Below are positions 28,692 through 35,346 of a stretch of DNA of 64,000 bases, piece after piece (positions within the stretch are counted from its first letter, which is position 1; the number at the start of each line of letters is the position of its first letter). Source of the DNA: Candidatus Rokuibacteriota bacterium (lineage in GTDB: Bacteria; Methylomirabilota; Methylomirabilia; Rokubacteriales; CSP1-6); the NCBI GenBank assembly GCA_040902305.1, contig JBBDXN010000134.1, positions 11,920 to 75,919 on the forward strand. Reading direction: 5' to 3'. The position numbers were made by a program, and so were the translations under genes. The notes under the pieces are model-generated. The model searched no databases, had not been told where the DNA came from, and was given only the letters and a program-made list of their open reading frames with translations.

Positions 28692-29218
28692 CCCCGCGTG
28701 ACCGCCTTCCGCACGATCTCGACCGCGAGCTCCGCCTTCTTCACAACCTCGTCCTCGCGGATGCCGCCCAGCGGGTGGGGGATCAAGGCCAGGGGCAGAT
28801 CGGCGAGCCCGCGGTTCTTCGACTCGAGCCTCGCCAACTGCTCGAACTCATACGTCCCCATGACCACGGTGGGGATCCCCCGCTGCTCCAGTACGATGGC
28901 GCCGTGGATACTCCACGACGTGCACGACCCTCAGTCGGCGCTGCCGACCAGGACGAAGTCGCACGTCGTGAGCGCGGCCAGGATGTCGGGCGACGGCGCG
29001 CCCGCGATGCCCTTCTCGCGCTTGACGACGTCGCGGACCCCGTACTTCTCCTTGAGGCGCGCGACCACCGCCAGCATCAGGGTGCCCGCGTTGGCCTTGC
29101 TGTTGTCGAGGATGCCCGCGCGCTTGCCCTCGAGGCTGGCCAGGCGGGGCGCCAGGCCCGAGGCGAGAATCCGAGGCTCGGCGGTGGGGTCGTACAGGAC
29201 CTGCTCGTCCTGGCTCAT
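28688..29218 (-). CDS. UGSC-family selenoprotein (in-frame UGA = Sec at 28931-28933)
   Basis: The track ORF (95 aa) stops at a TGA, but the frame continues 81 codons to TGA 28688-28690. That second stop forms an ATGA overlap with the next gene. Read-through gives ...VLVGSAD-U-GSCTSWSIHGAIVLEQRGIPTVV..., the defining U-G-S-C motif. A hairpin follows 10 nt after the UGA. Confidence 0.8.
28900..28920 (-). other. putative bacterial SECIS hairpin of the UGSC gene
   Basis: The mRNA reads CGU-CGUGGA-GUA-UCCACG-GCG. This is a 6-bp perfect stem extendable to 9 bp including a G-U pair, with G and U in the apical loop, starting 10 nt after the UGA. Confidence 0.55.
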
Positions 29219-29730
29219 CGGCTGATCTCCTTCCGCCCTCGTAGTTTCCGATCATCCAGCAAGGTCAGCATCCGGTCCACGCCCAGCTCGAGGCACCGCT
29301 TGATCTCGTCCCGCGTCGCGCGGTAGCGGTCCTCGCCCTGGCCGAACGGGTCGTCGACGTCGCCGGCCTCGCCGGCCAGCTCGTGCAAGGTCAGGATCGG
29401 CCGGCCCTGGGCCTCCTCGTAGGCGCCGATCGTCTCCTTCTGCTGCCCGGTCATGGTGACGATGAGGTGCGCCTCCGCCACGATCTCGCGGTGACGGCGG
29501 AGGTCGGTGGAGGCGAACGCGTCCTCGGCCAGGTGGATGTCGTCCTCGCGCAGCACGATGCGCGCGTCGAGCGAGGGAATCATGCCGTCGCGGGCGTGGT
29601 TGGCGATGCCGCCCGAGCGCACCCGGACGTTGCCATTCACCCCGCGCGAATCGAGCATCTTCTCCAGGAGGACGTGGGCCATCACGCTGCGGCAGGTATT
29701 GGCGTGACAGACCAGGAGGACGTTGGTCAA
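29215..29730 (-). CDS. low-molecular-weight protein-tyrosine phosphatase / ArsC-like (C-X5-R-S)
   Basis: 171 aa. VLLVCHANTCRS P-loop near the N-terminus and the DVDDPFG general-acid motif. Only a TTG at 29730 (TTGA overlap with the upstream stop) places the P-loop correctly. The stop overlaps the UGSC start (ATGA). Confidence 0.78.
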   Translation of the reverse strand: MTNVLLVCHANTCRSVMAHVLLEKMLDSRGVNGNVRVRSGGIANHARDGMIPSLDARIVLREDDIHLAEDAFASTDLRRHREIVAEAHLIVTMTGQQKETIGAYEEAQGRPILTLHELAGEAGDVDDPFGQGEDRYRATRDEIKRCLELGVDRMLTLLDDRKLRGRKEISR

Positions 29731-30722
29731 CGCGCCTCCCAGGGAGATTGCCAGTACCGCACGCCCTTCCCCAGATCCTTCCACTCTTCCTTGGGCCGCT
29801 CGCTGAGGTTCTTGCCGAAGTTCGTGCCGGGCGGCTCGTGGAGGTTTTTGCCGAGCGTGTCCGGGAAGAGCTTGCCCAGCTCCTCGGGCTCGAGCCGGCG
29901 ATCGGCCTCGATGCGGCGGATCGGCTCGGGCAGCGCCATCAGGGTGTAGCCGTAGCCGAACGAGTGGAAGACCTGCCCGTTGACGTGGGCGGCGCCTTCG
30001 CTGGCCAGGAACACGACGAGGGGCGCCACGTTGTCCGGATCGCGCTCGGTCCCGATGGCCTGCTCGCTCGGCCACTTGCCGGTCTGCTCGAAGACCTGCC
30101 GACCGCGCGGCGTGGAATCGATCATGCGGGTCGCCCCGCTCGGCATGATCGCGTTCGACGTCACGTTGTACTTCGCCATGCCGTTGGCGGTGGACCAGGA
30201 GAGCCCGATGATGCCGGCCTTGGCCGCCCCGTAGTTGGGCTGCCCGGGCGAGCCAAGCGCGGAGACCGACGACATCGAGATGATGCGCCCGTACTTCTGC
30301 TCGCGCATGTGAGTGGAGGCGGCCCGGGTGCAGAAGTAGGTGCCGTCCAGATGCACGGCGAGGACCGCGTCCCATTCTTCCTTGGCCATGTTGAAGATCA
30401 TCCGGTCGCGCAGGATCCCGGCCACGTTGACCAGGATGTCGATGCGGCCGTAGGTCTTCACCACCTGCTCGACCATCTCGGTGGCCGCCTTGTGGTCGGC
30501 CACCGAGCCGTAGTTGGCCGACGCGGTGCCGCCGGCCTTGACGATCTCGTCCACCACCTGAGCCGCCGGCCCGGTGGCTATGCCCTCGCCGTCCAGGCTC
30601 GCGCCCAGGTCGTTCACCACCACCTTGGCGCCGGCCTTGGCCAGCGCGATCGCGATGCCGCGGCCGATGCCGCGGCCCGCGCCCGTCACGAGCGCGGCCC
30701 TGCCCTCGAGCAGCTTCGCCAT
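29727..30722 (-). CDS. SDR-family oxidoreductase, extended type (hydroxyacyl-CoA dehydrogenase-like)
   Basis: 331 aa from the ATG at 30722 (MAKLLEGRAALVTGAGRGIG...). YGAAK catalytic motif and a C-terminal extension of about 80 aa. Confidence 0.88.
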   Translation of the reverse strand: MAKLLEGRAALVTGAGRGIGRGIAIALAKAGAKVVVNDLGASLDGEGIATGPAAQVVDEIVKAGGTASANYGSVADHKAATEMVEQVVKTYGRIDILVNVAGILRDRMIFNMAKEEWDAVLAVHLDGTYFCTRAASTHMREQKYGRIISMSSVSALGSPGQPNYGAAKAGIIGLSWSTANGMAKYNVTSNAIMPSGATRMIDSTPRGRQVFEQTGKWPSEQAIGTERDPDNVAPLVVFLASEGAAHVNGQVFHSFGYGYTLMALPEPIRRIEADRRLEPEELGKLFPDTLGKNLHEPPGTNFGKNLSERPKEEWKDLGKGVRYWQSPWEAR

Positions 30723-30735
30723 GTCCGGCCTCCGA

Positions 30736-32451
30736 CTACGCGGTCGCCCGCGCGAGCGGGCCGCGCAGGAGCCGTCCGGGGTGCGCGCCGGTGTGCTTGC
30801 CGTCACGCAGCAGGATCTCGCCGTTGACCACGGTGGCCGCGATGCCGCGGGTGCGCTGGATCAGCCGCTTGGCCCCCGCGGGCAGGTCCCGCACCACCTC
30901 GGGCAGCTCGGCCGCGATGGTGTCGGGATCGAAGACCACGAAGTCGGCGGCCATGCCCTCACGGATCAGGCCGCGGTCGGTGAAGCCCCAGTAGCTGGCG
31001 GGCACGAACGACAGCATGCGCACCGCCTGCTCGAGCGTGAGCGCCTGCTTGGCGCGCACCCAGTGGCTCAAGAGATAGGTCTGGAGCGAGCTGTCCATGA
31101 GCTGGGAGACGTGGGCGCCCGAGTCGGAGAAGGTCACCACCGCCTGCGGGTGCTTGATCAGCTCGAGCGCCAGCTCCTGGTTCTCGTTGGCGATCGGGTG
31201 GAAGAAGAAGCGGTCCATGTCCTTCTCGAGCGCCAGATCGATCATGGCCTCGACCGGGTCGACGCCCCGCTCGCGGGCGATCTCGGCCACCGAGCGGTGC
31301 GGCGGATCCACCGAGTCCAGCACGAAGATCCAGTCGTACGCGGCCTGGCGGGCCTCGGTACCGAGGGCCTTGCGGCTGTCCCGCTCGCGCGAGGCCTCGA
31401 CCAGCTTCCGGCGCAGCTCGGGGTCGCGCAGCCGCGTCTGCTGCTCGCCGAGCGGCAGGGCGCGCAGCTCCTTCCACACCGGCAGGCGATCGAACGGCAT
31501 CTGGGTCTTGAACGAGAGCACGAGCGACAGCGCGCGGCTGTGGACCTGGGCGAACATCCGCCCGCCCGCCCGGTTGGTCTCCTCGATCAGCCGCACGTAG
31601 TGGCGCCACATGTCGGGCGCGTCCTTGCGGGTGAAGAGGCCGAAGGTGATCGGCCGGCCGGACTCGACGGCCAGCGCCTTGAGCCGCTTGTGGTAGTCGG
31701 GCAGGTCCGGGTGGTCCACCTTGCGGTCCACGCCCTCGCCCGCCAGCTCGAAGATGCCCGCGTTGAGCTCGCCCATCACGCCGACCAGGCGGCGCACCTC
31801 GTCCCAGCTCGCCATGCGGCTCGCCACCGGGCGGGAGTCGGGCGTCTCGTGGCTGGGCGACCGGGAGGTCGTGAAGCCGATCGCGCCGGCCATCAGCGCG
31901 TTGCGCAGCTCGCCCTCCATCGCGGCCAGGTCGTCCTCGCTCGCCGCTCCATCGAACGCGCGCTCGCCCATCACGTAGGTGCGCAGGGCGGAGTGGCCGA
32001 TGTAGCCCGAGTAGTTGATGCCCTTGGGCAGCGAGTCGAGCGTGTCGAGGAACTCGGGGAAGGTGGTCCAGCGCCAGTCGATGCCGGCTTCCATGGCCTC
32101 GGCCGCGATGTCCTCGGCGCGCTGCAGGTTGCGGATGACCAGGTGCCGGTCTTCCTTGGCGCAGGGGGCGAGGGTGAAGCCGCAGTTGCCCATGACGACG
32201 CTGGTGATCCCGTGCCAGCAGGAGGACGTCCCGAGCGGATCCCAGAAGATCTGGGCGTCCATGTGGGTGTGCCCGTCCACGAATCCCGGCGCGACGACCC
32301 GGCCCTCCGCGTCGATGACTTCTCGAGCGCTTTCGCGAAGGCGACCGATGGCAGAGATCCGGCCGTTGGTCACTCCAACATCCGCGCGAAATCGCGGCAG
32401 GCCGGATCCGTCCACCACCCATCCGTTCTTGATCAGCAGGTCATAGGCCAT
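30736..32451 (-). CDS. amidohydrolase, N-acyl-D-amino-acid deacylase (D-aminoacylase) family
   Basis: 571 aa. DLLIKNG.VVDG.G, PGF.D.HTH.D and GIT..V.GNCG motifs. Confidence 0.88.
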   Translation of the reverse strand: MAYDLLIKNGWVVDGSGLPRFRADVGVTNGRISAIGRLRESAREVIDAEGRVVAPGFVDGHTHMDAQIFWDPLGTSSCWHGITSVVMGNCGFTLAPCAKEDRHLVIRNLQRAEDIAAEAMEAGIDWRWTTFPEFLDTLDSLPKGINYSGYIGHSALRTYVMGERAFDGAASEDDLAAMEGELRNALMAGAIGFTTSRSPSHETPDSRPVASRMASWDEVRRLVGVMGELNAGIFELAGEGVDRKVDHPDLPDYHKRLKALAVESGRPITFGLFTRKDAPDMWRHYVRLIEETNRAGGRMFAQVHSRALSLVLSFKTQMPFDRLPVWKELRALPLGEQQTRLRDPELRRKLVEASRERDSRKALGTEARQAAYDWIFVLDSVDPPHRSVAEIARERGVDPVEAMIDLALEKDMDRFFFHPIANENQELALELIKHPQAVVTFSDSGAHVSQLMDSSLQTYLLSHWVRAKQALTLEQAVRMLSFVPASYWGFTDRGLIREGMAADFVVFDPDTIAAELPEVVRDLPAGAKRLIQRTRGIAATVVNGEILLRDGKHTGAHPGRLLRGPLARATA

Positions 32452-32526
32452 CGCGCTGGCTCCTCTCCGCCCCGCCGGGGGTCCTTCTGAGAAACGGCCC
32501 CATGGTACTCCACCAGTCCCCCCCGC

Positions 32527-32982
32527 TCAACGATCCAGGCGGGCGACCGAGACCCCGGCCGGGCCGCCTCCACCGTCCCGGTACAGCGCGTCGATGAGCG
32601 GACAGTGGGAGGCCTTGCCCGACGCGCAGCGCGCGACCGTGTCTCGGAGGACGCGCTCCATCTCTCTCAAGCTGGCGATCTTGGCCCGCACGTCCTCGAG
32701 ATGCGTCGCGGCAAGGCCGCGAGCCTCGGCGCAGGGGCGCTTGCGGTGGTCGGCCAGGGCCAGCAGGGCTCGTACCTCGTGGATGGAGAAACCCAGCGCC
32801 CGGGCTCGCCGGACGAAGGCGAGCCGTTTCAGGTGGTCTGTCCCGTAGAGACGGTAACCGCCGCCACTTCGCGCGGGTGTCGGCAGGAGCCCGGCCCGCT
32901 CGTAGTACCGGATCGTCTCGACGTTGCAGCCGGTGCGCTTGGAAAGGACCCCGATGGCGAAGCGGACTGCAATAGCCGGCAT
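32527..32982 (-). CDS. merR: MerR-family regulator with Hg(II)-type Cys triad
   Basis: 151 aa from the ATG at 32982, preceded by GGAGGAG. HTH GCNVETIRYYERAGLLP. Cys84, Cys119 and Cys127 (spacings 35 and 8, against 35 and 9 in Tn501 MerR) and the C-terminal HCPLI motif. Confidence 0.85.
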   Translation of the reverse strand: MPAIAVRFAIGVLSKRTGCNVETIRYYERAGLLPTPARSGGGYRLYGTDHLKRLAFVRRARALGFSIHEVRALLALADHRKRPCAEARGLAATHLEDVRAKIASLREMERVLRDTVARCASGKASHCPLIDALYRDGGGGPAGVSVARLDR

Positions 32983-33014
32983 GGCGGTCTCCTCCGGTCG
33001 GCTGAAAATATGTG

Positions 33015-33045
33015 TTGAGTCTGTAGCCGCTACAGACTTTATCAT
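33015..33045 (+). promoter_or_regulatory. MerR-type operator/promoter (19-bp spacer with perfect dyad)
   Basis: TTGAGT (33015-33020), a 19-nt spacer, then TATCAT (33040-33045). The dyad GTCTGTAGC-C-GCTACAGAC spans 33019-33037. The -10 ends 6 nt before the merB-like ATG. Confidence 0.75.
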
Positions 33046-33051
33046 CCCCCC

Positions 33052-33714
33052 ATGGCGACCCTGCACATCCTGACCGCCGACGAGCTCACCGCTCTCGACC
33101 TGGAAGGCCGGTGGAGGACGCGACGGGTCGCTCGGGAGCTCAGGATGTCTCGGCGGATTCTGCGGATGTTCCTGGATCGCGGCGGCCCGATCCCGGTTCA
33201 AGACATCGTCTCGGCCTCCGAGGATTCCGCTGGGTCCGTTCATCAGACGTTGACCGCGCTGGACGACGACGATCTGATCCTCATTCGTGATGGCCAGATA
33301 GACGTCGCGTACCCGTTCTCCGCTTCCCCGACGCCGTTCGTCGTCCGTCTGGCCGAGGGCCGGGAGCGGTACGCCTGCTGCGCGATGGACGCACTCGGCA
33401 TCGCGCCGATGGTCGGCCAGCGCATCGAGATCCGATCCCGCTGTCATCACTGCGGCGAGCCCCTGCAGTTCCCGGTCGATCCGCAGGGCCCGGGGCCCAG
33501 GGCGGAAGGCATCATGCTCTGGATCGGCAAGCAACCGGAAGAGAGATGCCGAGTCGCCGATACGTATTGAACGACCATCAATTTCTTCCGGTCGGAAGAA
33601 CATCTGAGGGCATGGCGGGAGGCGAACCCGACGGTCGAAGGAGCCGGGACCACGGTGGCAGAGGGCTTCAAGCTCGGTGACCGCATCTTCGGGGGGCTTC
33701 TCACAGGAGAGTAA
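33052..33714 (+). CDS. merB: organomercurial lyase MerB homolog with in-frame UGA (Sec) at the Cys159-equivalent position
   Basis: The track ORF stops at TGA 33568-33570, but the frame stays open to TAA 33712-33714. AYPFSA and [11 protein letters not shown] (Cys96-x-x-Asp99 equivalent) lie upstream. Read-through gives [20 protein letters not shown], compared with MerB SFCCHVHFFAS. A SECIS-like hairpin lies 12 nt downstream. Confidence 0.75.
33583..33600 (+). other. putative bacterial SECIS hairpin of the merB-like gene
   Basis: UUCUUCC-GGUC-GGAAGAA is a 7-bp perfect stem with a GGUC tetraloop, the same apical loop sequence as the E. coli fdhF SECIS. It starts 12 nt after the UGA. Confidence 0.6.
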
Positions 33715-33716
33715 GG

Positions 33717-33956
33717 ATGGCGGATCGTCGAATCACGGTCTACTGGTCCTCGACCTGACAGTCCTGCCACGCGGCGAAGGAGTTCCTTTCGTCTCGGGGA
33801 GTGCCGTTCACGGCGAAGAACGTGGCGGAGGACGCGACCGCCCGTGAGGAGCTGATCGGCAAGACCGGCCGGATGGCGGTGCCGGTGATCACGGTGGACG
33901 ATGTGGTGATCGTCGGGTTCGACCGGGGTCGGCTGCAGCGGCTCCTCGGGCCATGA
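33717..33956 (+). CDS. glutaredoxin-like (NrdH/Grx fold) selenoprotein, U-x-x-C active site
   Basis: Not in the ORF track. ATG 33717 (GGAGAG 8 nt upstream), TGA at 33756-33758, stop TGA 33954-33956 overlapping the next start (ATGA). Translation: MADRRITVYWSST-U-QSCHAAKEFLSSRGVPFTAKNV...GRMAVPVITVDDVVIVGFDRGRLQRLL. This has the Grx layout with UQSC where CxxC is expected, and the cis-Pro VP motif. Confidence 0.75.
33774..33792 (+). other. putative bacterial SECIS hairpin of the Grx-like gene
   Basis: GCGAAGG-AGUU-CCUU(U)CGU: a stem with one bulged U and a GU-containing tetraloop, starting 15 nt after the UGA. Confidence 0.45.
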
Positions 33957-34243
33957 CCGTCGCCGCGGTTCGCTGCCCCGACTGTGGCGCGCCGATCACC
34001 CTGGCCGCAGGCCTCGAGTCAGGCGCCTTGCTCGACTGCCCGAACTGCGCGGGGCATGCGGTTCGGGTTCGGGAAGAGGACGGCCGCTGGTCCGCCACCC
34101 TGGCTTACCGAGTGAGCTGCCCGACCTGCGATGAAGTCATGGCCCTTGCCGAGGATGCCAAGCCGGGGGATACGGTCTCGTGCTGTGGCCGCCGCTACCG
34201 ACTCACGTTCGAGTACGGCGCGTTCGCCGCCGAGGAAGCGTAG
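33953..34243 (+). CDS. Cys-rich double zinc-ribbon protein (LysW-like ribbons)
   Basis: 96 aa. CPDCG...CPNC and CPTC...CCG pairs. ATGA overlap with the Grx-like gene. Confidence 0.6.
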   Translation: MTVAAVRCPDCGAPITLAAGLESGALLDCPNCAGHAVRVREEDGRWSATLAYRVSCPTCDEVMALAEDAKPGDTVSCCGRRYRLTFEYGAFAAEEA

Positions 34244-34325
34244 GAGCGAGCTCCAACCAGCCTCGTGGACGCCAACCCGGCCTCCTGATACCCTACCTGC
34301 CGGCCACCAGACGGGGGGAGGGCAC

Positions 34326-35342
34326 ATGGATCTGGGTGTTTTCGACCATCTCGACCGCCGGGACATGCCGGTGACCGACTTCTACGAGCACCGGCTGCGG
34401 CTGCTCGAGAAGTACGACGCGGCGGGCTTCTACTCCTATCACCTGGCCGAGCACCACGCGACCCCGCTCGGGCTGGCCCCGGTGCCCGGGATCTTTCTGG
34501 CCGCGGCCACCCAGCGCACCCGCCGCATCCGCCTCGGGCCCTGCGTGTACTGCCTGCCGCTCTACAACCCACTCCGGCTGATCGAGGAAGTCTGCATGCT
34601 CGATCACCTCTCGCGGGGCCGCTTCGACTTCGGGGTGGGCCGCGGCATCGTGCCCTACGAGATGGCCTTCTTCGACCTGCATCACCTGGAGACCGAGGAG
34701 ATCTACCGGGAGACGCTCGAGGTCGTCCTGCAGGGGTTGACCAGCGACGTGCTCGACCACCGCGGGCCGAAGTACACCTTCCGGAAGGTCCCGATGATCC
34801 TGAAGCCGCTCCAGACGCCGCACCCGCCGCTCTGGTACGGGCTCGGGCACGCGGCCGGCGCGGAGTGGGCCGCCACCAACCGGGCCAACGTGATCACCAA
34901 CCTGGGGGCCGAGATGTCGGCGCCGCTCTTCGTGCGCTACCGCGAGGTGTGGCAGCGCAAGCACGGGGATGCGGCGACGCCGAAGCTCGGCATGGGCCGT
35001 CACGTGGTGGTGGCCCCCACCGAGGACGCGGCCCTGGCGCTCGGCCGCGCCAACTACGCCGTCTGGTACGGGAACCTCACCAAGCTCTGGCGTGACTTCG
35101 GCGCGATCCCGTTCCGGTTCGCGCCCGACTTCGACGAGGCGCGGCGCCGCGGGGTCGCCATCGCGGGCACGCCGGCCCAGGTGCGCGCGGAGTTCGAGCG
35201 GCAGGTGGCGGCGAGTGGCTGCAGCTACATGACCTGCCGGCTGATGTTCGGCGAGATGACCGAGGCGGAGGCGGCGGCCAACGTGGACCTGTTCGTCGCC
35301 CAGGTCATGCCGCACGTCACCGCGCTGACGGTGCCGGCGTGA
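34326..35342 (+). CDS. LLM-class (luciferase-like) flavin/F420-dependent oxidoreductase
   Basis: 338 aa from the ATG at 34326, preceded by GGGGGAGGG. AEHH..P.G, LSRGRFDFGVGRG. Confidence 0.85.
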   Translation: MDLGVFDHLDRRDMPVTDFYEHRLRLLEKYDAAGFYSYHLAEHHATPLGLAPVPGIFLAAATQRTRRIRLGPCVYCLPLYNPLRLIEEVCMLDHLSRGRFDFGVGRGIVPYEMAFFDLHHLETEEIYRETLEVVLQGLTSDVLDHRGPKYTFRKVPMILKPLQTPHPPLWYGLGHAAGAEWAATNRANVITNLGAEMSAPLFVRYREVWQRKHGDAATPKLGMGRHVVVAPTEDAALALGRANYAVWYGNLTKLWRDFGAIPFRFAPDFDEARRRGVAIAGTPAQVRAEFERQVAASGCSYMTCRLMFGEMTEAEAAANVDLFVAQVMPHVTALTVPA

Positions 35343-35346
35343 CGCC

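Noticed and set aside
33568-33570. Interpreting the merB-like TGA as a plain nonsense mutation (pseudogene)
   Set aside because: This is not fully excluded, but I consider it unlikely for four reasons. The downstream 47 codons stay open and keep the conserved INFF.S..H...W block. The TGA is exactly at a catalytic Cys. A fdhF-like GGUC hairpin follows at the right distance. Two other genes nearby show the same pattern.
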